Origin: an uncultured Selenomonadales bacterium
GTDB taxonomy: Bacteria > Bacillota > Clostridia > Christensenellales > QALW01
Assembly: GCA_905200615.1 (NCBI GenBank)
Contig: CAJKLB010000006.1
Span: 9,266 to 73,265 of the forward strand
DNA: 64,000 nt
Reading direction: 5' to 3'
A model generated the notes under the pieces. The model was not told the origin of the DNA. It was given only the letters and a program-made list of their open reading frames with translations, and did not search any database. The translations under genes were made by a program, and so were the position numbers. Positions 47,366-56,791 of the stretch are shown here, in pieces; positions within the stretch are counted from its first letter, which is position 1, and every line of letters starts with the position of its first letter.

Positions 47366-47770
47366 ATGGGAACCAGTGATTATAAAAAACTGAAAAATCA
47401 ACAACAAGACGCCCGGGCAAAGAAAGAAGCGTTTCGTTTCCGTTGTATTCCCTCCGGACGCAGTTTTGTTTTTGCTCTTGCGGCAGTATTTATTTTGGGC
47501 GGCTTAACATTGCTGTTTCAACATGTCTTTCGTTTTCAGCGCACAACTATGATTTTGTTTGTTCTTTTTTGCGCGGCGGATTTTATTCTGGCTGTCATGT
47601 GCCTTTTATGGTGTGCTACAGCGGTTTTTTATTTGCTGTACAGGGCAAAACTTAAGAAGAATATCCGCAAACTGGAAAAACAGGAGATCGTAGAGCGGGA
47701 GCTTTTTGAAAGCAATTATTTTAAGCCTATTTCCGAACAGGAAGAGCAAAAAGAGCAAAAAAACTTATAA
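47366..47770 (+). CDS. Hypothetical two-TM membrane protein
   Basis: 134 aa with two long hydrophobic helices. Starts 4 nt after the preceding stop. No recognisable motif. Confidence 0.5.
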   Translation: MGTSDYKKLKNQQQDARAKKEAFRFRCIPSGRSFVFALAAVFILGGLTLLFQHVFRFQRTTMILFVLFCAADFILAVMCLLWCATAVFYLLYRAKLKKNIRKLEKQEIVERELFESNYFKPISEQEEQKEQKNL

Positions 47771-48039
47771 AAAGCCGTCGGCTCAGAGTGTTAAAAAAGT
47801 CATCCAAAAAAGTTGCACAAAAAAGTTCCTTCCATCTCTTTTTAAGACAAGAGGTCCCGGGTAAAATCCCGGATACTCTCCGAGGGAACGAAAAATCCTA
47901 CCCAAAAGAGCGCCAAAGGAATGATAAAACGTCCCGATAAGCCATTTGCCGGGGAGGATCGATACATAAAAAATTTTATCTATTCGCTAACGGTTTTTCG
48001 GCAGACTGAAGCCGTCGGCTTTCCTTTGTGAATGTTCCG

Positions 48040-48891
48040 CTATTCTTCCGTTCGCCGCAGCGCACGTTTTCGGTAATCTCTCGGGGTGAGACCGGTATAC
48101 ACTTTAAAAACTTTGGTAAAGTAATTATAATCGGAAAACCCGCATTGCGCGGCAATATCGGAAATTTTTCCTTTTTCACAGGACAACAGTTTTTGAGCCC
48201 GCTCAACGCGCAGCGCACGGATATGCTCGGCAATACCTTTACCGTAACTGCGGTGGGAAAGCTCATAAAGCCGGGTTTTACCGATTCCCAGTGCCCGGCA
48301 AAGTCTTTCGATATCCAGTTCACCCTGCAGATTTTTTTGAATATAATCATCCAGGCGGCGTGCCAAACTGTCTTCATGGAGCACAATCATTTTAGAAAGA
48401 TACAGATATCCTGAGCAAGCTTCCATTAAAGCCGACGCCGCGACGATGGTTTCAGACGAAACCCGTTTCTTTTTAAAATAAGCGCGCTTCAGCGCCTCCA
48501 TATCCACACTGTATTGTGAAAGATACGGTACCAGTTCTGCCCAGGAACGCTCGTAATCCTCTGCTTGCAGCACCTGTCCGAACATCAGATAACCCACGGT
48601 CACATCGTTGCAGCGAATTAACGTCACCGCTTCGGTAAGGCCCGCGTGGCAGCGATAGGCGATCGGCTTTTTCTGACGGCGGCTCATTTCACAGGCCTCC
48701 TTATCACAAAGAGAGCATTTTTTGTTGGCTTCCGTATCTGCCCGCAGCAGACGGCAGTATTCGGAATGATGGCTCGGATAAAAAGCAATTTCATGGAACG
48801 CGTCGTCAAATATGCCGATGCGTATGTGGGTAAGCGTATAAAAATGTTTGAGCAGTTTTGTCAGCTCCTGGGAATTGATGCGAAAATCCAA
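48040..48891 (-). CDS. PocR-sensor / AraC-family transcriptional regulator
   Basis: C-terminal AraC HTH (ISDIAAQCGFSDYNYFTKVFKVYTGLTPRDYR). N-terminal PocR-like Cys-rich region (CSLCDKEACE..YRCHAGLTEA). Start set at TTG 48891 (GGAGG 8 nt upstream). The 475-aa ORF-track version runs into the divergent gene. Confidence 0.8.
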   Translation of the reverse strand: MDFRINSQELTKLLKHFYTLTHIRIGIFDDAFHEIAFYPSHHSEYCRLLRADTEANKKCSLCDKEACEMSRRQKKPIAYRCHAGLTEAVTLIRCNDVTVGYLMFGQVLQAEDYERSWAELVPYLSQYSVDMEALKRAYFKKKRVSSETIVAASALMEACSGYLYLSKMIVLHEDSLARRLDDYIQKNLQGELDIERLCRALGIGKTRLYELSHRSYGKGIAEHIRALRVERAQKLLSCEKGKISDIAAQCGFSDYNYFTKVFKVYTGLTPRDYRKRALRRTEE

Positions 48892-49005
48892 AATAGTATT
48901 CCTCCGAACAAAATTACTATTTTTCTTCCGAAATTGACTATTATTATAGCATGCTTTTTGGTAAATTGATAGTATGAAATTTATATTTTTAAAGGAGAGG
49001 ACAAA

Positions 49006-50403
49006 ATGAAAAAACAAACATTTGCATTGTATTTCGGAAACCGGGGTTTTTTCCCGGAAGGTTTGATCGCCGGCGCCAGAGAGGAAATGTGTCAAGCGGT
49101 AGAAAAAGCGGGGTTTGATTATTTGATTGCCCCGGCAGACCTCACACGTTACGGTGCGGTAGAAACCAAGCAGGAGGGCTTGACCTATGCCAAGTGGCTG
49201 AAATCCCATGAAGGCGAATATGACGGCGTCATTCTTTGCCTGCCGAATTTCGGTGATGAAAACGGCGCGATCGCCGCGCTGGAACATTGCGGTACGCCGA
49301 TTCTGATACAGGCCTATCCCGATGAAATAGGAAAGATGGATTTTGAGCATCGCCGTGACGCTTACTGCGGAAAATTTTCCATCTGTGACGTGTTTCATCA
49401 ATACGGCCTTCCTTTCACGGTGCTGGAGCCTCATGTGGTACATCCACTTTCTGAGACTTTTGCTCAAAATTTAGCTGACTTTGCAGCCGTATGCCGTGTC
49501 GTAAAAGGCATGAAACATTTTACCGTGGGAGTAATCGGCGCGCGTACCACTAAATTTATGACGGTACGCTTTGATGAGATCACGCTTCAAAAATACGGCA
49601 TTACCTGTACTACCTTTGATCTTTCCGAGCTGGTATGCCGCGTGGAGAAATATACGGATACCGACCCACGGGTGCTGGAGCGTAAAGCACGCTTGGCTGA
49701 TTATACAAACTGCTCGCATGTACCGGATGAGAAAATGAATTCCCTGGCCAAGGTATCGGTGGTATTGGATGATTTTATCCGCGAATATCAACTGGATTGT
49801 ATTACGCTGCGCTGCTGGGAAGAACTGCAGCCTATCTTTGGCATTGCACCGTGCGTACTGCTTTCAGAACTGAATGACCGAGGAATCACCGCTTCCTGTG
49901 AGGTGGATCTGTGTTCAGCCATCAACATGTACTCCATGCAGCTGGCATCTCAGGAACCTGCCACATGTTTGGATTGGAACAATAACTACGGCGACGCTTT
50001 GAATAAGGTAATTCTCTTCCATTGCGGCCCTGTCGCGCAAAGCTTGATGGAAGAAAAGGGCACGGTTACCGATCATAAGATGTTCTCCAAAAACTGCCCC
50101 GGCTGCGGATGGGGAAGCAATGAGGGGCGTATTGCCGCATTTGATTTTACGTATTCCAACTGTAAAACAGAAGACGGTAAGCTAACGGTATATATGGATG
50201 AAGGTACATTTACCGGTGAAGAAATTGAAAAAGAATTTTTCGGTTGCGCGGGAGTGGCGGAAATTCCGAATTTACAAAGCAAGCTGATTCGTCTTGCAAG
50301 GAACGGATTCCGTCATCATACAGCCGTAGGAAAGGGACGCATGGCAGCCGTTCTGCGGGAGGCCTTCGGTACTTATTTAGGCTATGACCTGTTTGAATTG
50401 TAA
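49006..50403 (+). CDS. L-fucose/L-arabinose isomerase family protein
   Basis: 465 aa. N-terminal FGNRGFFPE...LPNFGDE pattern and size match the short FucI-like family (recollection). RBS AAAGGAGAGG. Confidence 0.7.
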   Translation: MKKQTFALYFGNRGFFPEGLIAGAREEMCQAVEKAGFDYLIAPADLTRYGAVETKQEGLTYAKWLKSHEGEYDGVILCLPNFGDENGAIAALEHCGTPILIQAYPDEIGKMDFEHRRDAYCGKFSICDVFHQYGLPFTVLEPHVVHPLSETFAQNLADFAAVCRVVKGMKHFTVGVIGARTTKFMTVRFDEITLQKYGITCTTFDLSELVCRVEKYTDTDPRVLERKARLADYTNCSHVPDEKMNSLAKVSVVLDDFIREYQLDCITLRCWEELQPIFGIAPCVLLSELNDRGITASCEVDLCSAINMYSMQLASQEPATCLDWNNNYGDALNKVILFHCGPVAQSLMEEKGTVTDHKMFSKNCPGCGWGSNEGRIAAFDFTYSNCKTEDGKLTVYMDEGTFTGEEIEKEFFGCAGVAEIPNLQSKLIRLARNGFRHHTAVGKGRMAAVLREAFGTYLGYDLFEL

Positions 50404-50417
50404 AAGGAGGCCGGAAA

Positions 50418-51896
50418 ATGTATATCGGCGGTCTTGATGTTGGCACTACCGGCTGTAAAATAGCCGTTTATGATGAATTCGGTACGCTGTTTCAGACATA
50501 TTACCGAGAATATCCCGCGGTTTTTTCCGGAGGCCGGCACGAAATTGATTTTTATAAAATCAAACAGGGCGTATTGGAAGTACTCAAGCAGGCGGCCGGA
50601 GAATTTCGGCTTTCAGCCCTCGGAGTAACCAGTTTTGGCGAAACCTTTACCCTGCTGGATGAAAACGACACTATCTTAGCGCCCTCCATGCTCTATACCG
50701 ATCCGCGGGGAGAAAAAGAATGCGCGCAGTTACGCGAGGCTTTAGGCGATAAATTTTTAACGCTTTTGACCGGAACAAAACCGCATGCCATGTACAGCAT
50801 TTCCAAACTGATGTGGTATAAGCAAAATTGCCCGGAGCTCTTTGCCCGATGCCGGCGCGTTCTGCTGGGGCAGGATTTTATCGTATATACTCTTACAGGC
50901 GTTCAGCAGATTGATTTTTCTTTAGCGGCACGCACCGCCGCCTTTGATATTTGCAAAAATTGCTGGAGCCGTGAAATTTTTGCCGCGGCCGGAATCGACA
51001 GTTCTTTGATGTCGATTCCGGTTCCTTCGGGCAGTGTCGCGGGTGGTCTGCGCAAAGAGATCCGGCAGGATATCGGATATGATATTACAGTTGTCAACGC
51101 GTGCCATGATCAGGTTTCCGCCATGCTGGGGGCAGGAATTTTTCATGGAAACCAGGTGATGAACGGCACCGGCACAGTGGAGTGTGTTCCCGTACTTTTG
51201 CCGGAAATGCCCCGGGATATGCAATTGTTTGAGGGGGGTTATGCCGTGGTTCCCTATCCCGAGGGAGGATATGCCTGCTATGCGTTTTCCTTTACCGGCG
51301 GCGCAACACTGAAGTGGTTTCGCGATACCTTTGCGCAAAAAGAACAAGAGGAGGCTAAGCAAAAAGGTAAAAATGTATACGCGCTTCTTGATGAACGTGT
51401 TCCTGATACGCCTACCTCATTATTAGTATTGCCTCACTTTGCCGGCGCAGCTACGCCGTATATGGATTATTCAGCAAAAGCCGCGATTGTCGGACTTACG
51501 ATGGAAAGTACCAAATACGATATTTATAAAGCACTGATGGAAGGTACCAGCTATGAAATGCGGCTGAATTTTGATCACCTGAAACGTTTTGTTCCTCAAA
51601 TTCAAGAGATTCGCGCTACCGGCGGGGGAGCTTCCTCAGATGTGTGGCTGCAAATCAAAGCGGATATTCTGGGCACTCCGATTACGGCGCTTTCCTGCGG
51701 TGAAATCGGCGCGGCCGGAACCGCGGCGGTAGCAGGAAGGGCGATCGGCGCGTATAATGATCTTTCCGTAACGCAAAAAATGGCCTCTGTTCGTCGTGTT
51801 TTTTTACCGAATGAGCAAAAAAACAAACAGTATCAAGAAGCGTATCAAAAATATACAAGACTATATCAAGCAGTAAAGGCGGTGGAAGGAAAATGA
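50418..51896 (+). CDS. FGGY-family carbohydrate kinase (xylulokinase/fuculokinase-like)
   Basis: MYIGGLDVGTTGCKIAVYD (phosphate-1 motif) and ATGGGASSDVWLQIKADI (FGGY C-terminal signature). Confidence 0.85.
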   Translation: MYIGGLDVGTTGCKIAVYDEFGTLFQTYYREYPAVFSGGRHEIDFYKIKQGVLEVLKQAAGEFRLSALGVTSFGETFTLLDENDTILAPSMLYTDPRGEKECAQLREALGDKFLTLLTGTKPHAMYSISKLMWYKQNCPELFARCRRVLLGQDFIVYTLTGVQQIDFSLAARTAAFDICKNCWSREIFAAAGIDSSLMSIPVPSGSVAGGLRKEIRQDIGYDITVVNACHDQVSAMLGAGIFHGNQVMNGTGTVECVPVLLPEMPRDMQLFEGGYAVVPYPEGGYACYAFSFTGGATLKWFRDTFAQKEQEEAKQKGKNVYALLDERVPDTPTSLLVLPHFAGAATPYMDYSAKAAIVGLTMESTKYDIYKALMEGTSYEMRLNFDHLKRFVPQIQEIRATGGGASSDVWLQIKADILGTPITALSCGEIGAAGTAAVAGRAIGAYNDLSVTQKMASVRRVFLPNEQKNKQYQEAYQKYTRLYQAVKAVEGK

Positions 51897-52891
51897 TGGA
51901 TCATATAGGAAATTCACTGCAGATACGAGGGATCGAGCAGTATGTATTACAGGACGGAAAAGGCAGAGGAATGCGTTTCCTGTATGTGCGCAACGGTCTG
52001 GGTTTGGAAGCCTGGATTTCCCTGGATCGATGCGCCGATCTTTCCCGAGTAACCTACCAAGGTAAAAATATGGGATACTTTTCGCCCTGCGGATATGTGG
52101 CGCCGCAATATTATGACGGAAAGGGTGACGGCTTTTTAAAATCTTTTACCGCCGGCTTTGTTACCACCTGCGGCTTAACGGCCGTAGGTTCCCCCTGCAC
52201 AGACGAAGGTGAAGTATTGCCTTTACACGGCACAGTTTCGCATATTCCGGCTGAACTGCAAGCCGCTCAGGAAGAAGCTGATGCGTTGAAAATCCGTGTG
52301 ACTGTGCGTGATTGCCGAATTTTCGGACAAAAATTAGTTTTAAAGCGGGAATATACGTTTCCTTACGGAGAAAATAAAATTCATTTAGAGGATACGGTAA
52401 TAAACGAAGGAAGCGAGACTTCTCCCTATATGATTTTATACCACTGTAATATGGGCTATCCGCTGCTGAGTGAAAAAAGCACGGTAAAAATTCCTAACCG
52501 CGGCGTTGTGCCGCGCAACGATCGAGCCGCTTCACAAATTGCGCATGCACTGAGAATGGAACCGCCCGGTGCGGGGTATGAGGAGTGCTGCTATTACTAT
52601 GATATGACAGAAAAAAACGGCGTAGTTCGAGCCGGTATTTTTAACGAAGAAATTTCCTGCGGCGCAGTTCTTTCCTATCATAAAACCGCTCTTCCCTGTT
52701 TCACCCAGTGGAAAATGATGGGTAAAAAGGATTATGTTCTCGGATTGGAACCCGGAAACTGTACGCCGGACGGCCGAGATGTTTTAAGAAAAGAAGGGCG
52801 GCTGGCCTTTTTAGCCCCCGAGGAAAAAGCTGTTACTTGGGTAGATTTTTGCTTTATGAATGAAAAAAATCGTTTTGAGGAGGAATTTTGA
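51893..52891 (+). CDS. Aldose-epimerase-like (DUF4432-type) protein
   Basis: 332 aa. GLEAWISLDRCADL...GFVTTCGL...LPLHG pattern recalls the DUF4432/galactose-mutarotase-like fold. Overlaps the kinase stop (ATGA). Confidence 0.6.
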   Translation: MMDHIGNSLQIRGIEQYVLQDGKGRGMRFLYVRNGLGLEAWISLDRCADLSRVTYQGKNMGYFSPCGYVAPQYYDGKGDGFLKSFTAGFVTTCGLTAVGSPCTDEGEVLPLHGTVSHIPAELQAAQEEADALKIRVTVRDCRIFGQKLVLKREYTFPYGENKIHLEDTVINEGSETSPYMILYHCNMGYPLLSEKSTVKIPNRGVVPRNDRAASQIAHALRMEPPGAGYEECCYYYDMTEKNGVVRAGIFNEEISCGAVLSYHKTALPCFTQWKMMGKKDYVLGLEPGNCTPDGRDVLRKEGRLAFLAPEEKAVTWVDFCFMNEKNRFEEEF

Positions 52892-52892
52892 T

Positions 52893-53720
52893 ATGCTGGT
52901 GAACTTAAAGGAAATTTTAGAAGCGGCGGAGAAAAAAGAATCTGCCGTAGGCGCGTTTAATACCCCCAATTTAACCAGTCTGCGGGCGGTAATCGGCGCG
53001 GCGGAAGAGCTGCAAAAGCCGGTAATTCTCATGCATGCACAGGTCCATGAAGAGATGGGGCTCTGTTCAATGGAGGAAATCGCTCCGATCATGCTGTCCT
53101 TTGCCCGGCGCGCTTCTGTTCCGGTTTGTGTACACTTAGACCACGGTACGGATTTAGATTACATAAAACGGGGACTGGCCTTGGGATTTACTTCCGTTAT
53201 GTATGACGGTTCTCAGCTTCCGGAAAAAGAAAACACACAAAATACCAAGGAAGCCGTAAATATGGCTGAAAAGACCGGAGCTTCCGTAGAGGGGGAAATC
53301 GGCTCTATGGGCACGCGTGAGGGTGGAAGCAATGAGGATTCTTCTATTTATACCGATCCGACAGCGGCAAAAAACTTTGTGCAGGCCACCGGTATTGACG
53401 CGCTTGCCTGCGCTTTCGGTACGGCGCATGGGTTCTATAAAAAAGCTCCGCGGCTTGATTTTGACCGGCTCACCCAAATCCGCGCGCAGGTGGGAATTCC
53501 TTTGGTAATGCACGGCGGCAGCGGCGTCAGTGAGCAAGACTACCGAAAAGCGATTCACTGCGGAATTCGTAAAATCAATTATTATACTTATATGGCTGGC
53601 GCAGGCGGCGCAGCCATTTCAAACAAGAAATACGCGCAGTTGCATGATGCGTTACTGGAGGCTGAAAAGGCGATGCGCGAGGATGTAAAACGGGCTATGC
53701 GTATTTTCAGCGGGTTATAA
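52893..53720 (+). CDS. Class II (metal-dependent) ketose-bisphosphate aldolase family protein
   Basis: SAVGAFN, VCVHLDHG, VEGEIG, FGTAHG and LVMHGGSG are canonical class II FBP/tagatose-bisphosphate aldolase motifs. ATG 52893 has GAGGAGG upstream. Confidence 0.88.
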   Translation: MLVNLKEILEAAEKKESAVGAFNTPNLTSLRAVIGAAEELQKPVILMHAQVHEEMGLCSMEEIAPIMLSFARRASVPVCVHLDHGTDLDYIKRGLALGFTSVMYDGSQLPEKENTQNTKEAVNMAEKTGASVEGEIGSMGTREGGSNEDSSIYTDPTAAKNFVQATGIDALACAFGTAHGFYKKAPRLDFDRLTQIRAQVGIPLVMHGGSGVSEQDYRKAIHCGIRKINYYTYMAGAGGAAISNKKYAQLHDALLEAEKAMREDVKRAMRIFSGL

Positions 53721-53742
53721 GGCGTTTCCGGAGGAAAAAAAA

Positions 53743-55323
53743 ATGACGGTACAGGAAACAATAAGCGGAGGAAAAACTTTTTTAGGAATTGAACTGGGTT
53801 CTACACGAATCAAAGCGGTATTGATTGATGATACCTTCGCGCCGATAGCGTCCGGCGCGTATGCATGGGAAAATCATTTGGAAAACGGCTATTGGACATA
53901 TTCTTTAGAAGAAGTGCATCAAGGTCTTCAGGCATGCTATGGACAGCTGAAACAAGAGGTTCGTCAAAAATACGGTATAACGCTTACTACCGTGGGGGCT
54001 ATGGGCATTTCGGGCATGATGCACGGTTATCTGGCTTTTGATGAACAGAACCGGCTTCTGGTGCCCTTTCGCACCTGGCGCAATACGGTTACCGGAGAAG
54101 CGGCTGAAAAATTGACGGAACTGTTTTCATTTCCGATTCCTCAGCGGTGGAGCATTGCTCATTTATATCAGGCCATCATCAATCGGGAACCTCATGTAAA
54201 AAAGGTCGCCCATATTACGACGCTTGCGGGGTATGTACACTTTTTGCTCACAGGAAACCGTGTCGTAGGCGCAGGTGAGGCTGCAGGAATGTTTCCGATT
54301 CAGGGAATAACCTATCACCCAAAGATGCTGCAAAAATTTTCAGAAGAAGCCGCGCGTTTTGGTTTTTTACACGATCTTTCTCATCTTCTGCCGGAGATTC
54401 AGCCGGCCGGAGCTTGCGGGGGAACGCTTACTAAGGAGGGTGCCTGGCTTTTGGATAAAGACGGCGATCTTTTGCCCGGCTTGCCGCTATGCCCTCCGGA
54501 GGGCGACGCCAGCACCGGTATGGTTGCCACTAACAGTGTTGCCGCGGGTACGGGTAATATTTCAGCGGGGACTTCTATTTTCGGCATGTTGGTGCTGGAA
54601 AAACCTTTGCGGGGAGTATATTCCGCGCTGGATATCGGAGCTACGCCCGAGGGGAACCCGGTAGTCATGGTGCACAGTAACAACTGCTGCGGCGAACTGG
54701 ACGCCTGGGTGGACCTGTTTGGGCAATTCGCTTCACTCATAGGCGCGCCCAAAGAAAAAAGTGAATTGTATGAAGTCCTTTATCGGCACGCGCTTACAGG
54801 CCGCAGTAATGGCGGCGGTATTACGGCATATAATTATCTCTCCGGCGAACATATTACCGGCGTTGCCGACGGACGGCCGATGTATTTCAGAATTCCCGAG
54901 GAAAATTTTACGCTGAATGACTTTATGCGCGCCCAGCTTTATTCCGCTGTAGCGGTACTTCGTATCGGCATGAATATCCTTTGGGAAGGCGAAAAAGTAA
55001 AAGCGCAGGAATTTACCGCACACGGAGGATTATTTAAGGTAAAGGGGGTCGCCCAGCAATTGCTGGCCGATGCGTTAAATACCCCGATTTCGGTTCTGCA
55101 AACCGCCGGTGAGGGCGGCGCCTGGGGCATGGCGCTTTTAGCGGCATATTCGCAACGCGGAGGAAATAAAAGCCTTGCTGAGTTCCTTTGTGAAAATGTT
55201 TTTGAAACTATGGAACATACCGTTCTTTTTCCGCAGCTTGAGGGAACCAAAGGATTTGACCTCTTTATGCAGCGTTATCGAGCCGGACTGCAGGCGCAAA
55301 AAAATGCGGCTATGGCACAATAA
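53743..55323 (+). CDS. Second FGGY-family carbohydrate kinase
   Basis: FLGIELGSTRIKAVLID N-terminal ATPase motif. 526 aa. C-terminal HGGLFK.. region. Confidence 0.8.
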   Translation: MTVQETISGGKTFLGIELGSTRIKAVLIDDTFAPIASGAYAWENHLENGYWTYSLEEVHQGLQACYGQLKQEVRQKYGITLTTVGAMGISGMMHGYLAFDEQNRLLVPFRTWRNTVTGEAAEKLTELFSFPIPQRWSIAHLYQAIINREPHVKKVAHITTLAGYVHFLLTGNRVVGAGEAAGMFPIQGITYHPKMLQKFSEEAARFGFLHDLSHLLPEIQPAGACGGTLTKEGAWLLDKDGDLLPGLPLCPPEGDASTGMVATNSVAAGTGNISAGTSIFGMLVLEKPLRGVYSALDIGATPEGNPVVMVHSNNCCGELDAWVDLFGQFASLIGAPKEKSELYEVLYRHALTGRSNGGGITAYNYLSGEHITGVADGRPMYFRIPEENFTLNDFMRAQLYSAVAVLRIGMNILWEGEKVKAQEFTAHGGLFKVKGVAQQLLADALNTPISVLQTAGEGGAWGMALLAAYSQRGGNKSLAEFLCENVFETMEHTVLFPQLEGTKGFDLFMQRYRAGLQAQKNAAMAQ

Positions 55324-55333
55324 TTGAGAGAAA

Positions 55334-55477
55334 ATGAATTTTGTTCTTACCGTGAAAAAAGTTGTAAATTACAATAAAGCTTTTTTTACAGATGGACATG
55401 ACTTCTTTCCGATTGCCGTATATTTGATCTCCAAACAAGTGATAAAAAGGCGTTTGGCGGAAGGAAAAATCGGATAA
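55334..55477 (+). pseudogene. 47-codon remnant resembling the N-terminal third of a chloramphenicol-acetyltransferase-family (CAT-like) gene
   Basis: Hand translation: MNFVLTVKKVVNYNKAFFTDGHDFFPIAVYLISKQVIKRRLAEGKIG. The block DGHDFFPIAVYLISKQV parallels the CAT block EGYKFYPAFIFLVTRVI (recollection). Far too short to be functional. Confidence 0.3.
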
Positions 55478-55622
55478 ATGAGATTGCAGAAAATGCAATG
55501 GATACCTAAATTTTTTTATAGGAGCTGTTTTATACAGCTTCTTTTTCATTTGCAAATGTTGCTTTGGTTAAAACAAACAGCGGTTTTTCTCTTTTTACAA
55601 GAATACACCCGCATACAACAGC

Positions 55623-55652
55623 GAAAAAATACGGCCTAAAGGAATAGGCCGT
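55623..55652 (-). terminator. Intrinsic terminator after the GH99-like gene pair
   Basis: ACGGCCT-N8-AGGCCGT, followed on the minus strand by ATTTTTTC. Confidence 0.7.
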
Positions 55653-55698
55653 AAAGGAAAGATTCTCACATTATATGTTTGTTCTTTCTAAAATACAT

Positions 55699-56790
55699 TT
55701 ATTTGGTGCCGAACACTTTTTTGATGGCTTCCAGATACCCGTAGCCGTATTTTTTCTCCGGCTCAAGATAACCGCCTTCGGTCCACTCGTTCCAGGCGTA
55801 GAGGGTTACGATTTTATTGCGGTTGCTGCCGGAATCCAAAAAGTCTTTGCTCATTTGCAGCGCTTTTTCAAATTCCTCCGGTGTATTTTCACTCATAATG
55901 GTACAATAATACCCACCGTTGGGATCCGCCACATATTCTTCCTTGGGATCAAACCGGCCGCTGGAATCCCATCCCATCGAAACGTTGGGGTAATATTCTA
56001 CGGAAAACAGATTTCTGAATTTTTCCCAGTAAGGAACCGCGCCGTCCCGCCAGTCAGCATAGGGAGCGTAAAGCGGTGCCTGAGGCACAAAGTTATGAAT
56101 CCAAACATAACTGGTAACACTGTCAGCATGAAATGCTTCTACTGCCTTATTTTTATCCTTTCCGGTTATTTTTTCATTTTGCAGGCCCCATTCAACAAAG
56201 TTAATATGCAGCTTGTAACCTTTGGATGCGGCTTTAGCACGGAACGATTCCATGGCTTCTATCGCCGGGGCCATACCTCCCATGCCTTTTACAAAGGTGG
56301 AAAGTTCATAAAGTGAAAAATATTTTCCGCCGTCTATCTCCCAGTATTCCGGCAGAGGAAAATAGTGTTCAATTACATAATCGGTAAGCAGTTCCCATCT
56401 CTGACGAGAAAGCTCCCGATGATTGCACAGCATTAAAGCAAACTTCATTCGGTCTCTGTTTTTTGCTTTTAAAAATCCTTTTTCTAATGCCGAATGCAAG
56501 AACAGTCCCGAATCCTTACCGTTCATATCCCAATACCAGTCATAGATAAAAACATCAATGCCGTGATCGGCGGCTGCGTTGATTTGTATTTCACTGGTTT
56601 TAGGATCCGATTCATCCAAATATCCCCAAACAGGAACTTTGGGCTGATTATGACCCGGGAAACGCGGTACGGCATGTTTTAAAACATCCCATTCACTCCA
56701 ATCTCTGCTTTTCCCCAAAATTTCCTCATGCTGAGGATCGTGATGCCATTGCGGAAAATAATAAGCCGCTACTGTATAATCTTTTTTCAT
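55699..56790 (-). CDS. GH99-like / WbsX-family domain protein (cytoplasmic), copy B
   Basis: No signal peptide. YYFPQWH..., FPGHNQPKVPVWGYLDESDP, HGIDVFIYDWYW and YAWNEWTEGGYLEP blocks. ATG 56790 has GGAGAG upstream, 1 nt after the copy A stop. Confidence 0.75.
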   Translation of the reverse strand: MKKDYTVAAYYFPQWHHDPQHEEILGKSRDWSEWDVLKHAVPRFPGHNQPKVPVWGYLDESDPKTSEIQINAAADHGIDVFIYDWYWDMNGKDSGLFLHSALEKGFLKAKNRDRMKFALMLCNHRELSRQRWELLTDYVIEHYFPLPEYWEIDGGKYFSLYELSTFVKGMGGMAPAIEAMESFRAKAASKGYKLHINFVEWGLQNEKITGKDKNKAVEAFHADSVTSYVWIHNFVPQAPLYAPYADWRDGAVPYWEKFRNLFSVEYYPNVSMGWDSSGRFDPKEEYVADPNGGYYCTIMSENTPEEFEKALQMSKDFLDSGSNRNKIVTLYAWNEWTEGGYLEPEKKYGYGYLEAIKKVFGTK

Positions 56791-56791
56791 A

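Noticed and set aside
48892-49467. N-terminal 192 codons of the 475-aa minus-strand ORF
   Set aside because: This part overlaps the divergent promoter and the first 460 nt of the isomerase gene and has poor composition. The PocR-AraC protein is complete from TTG 48891.
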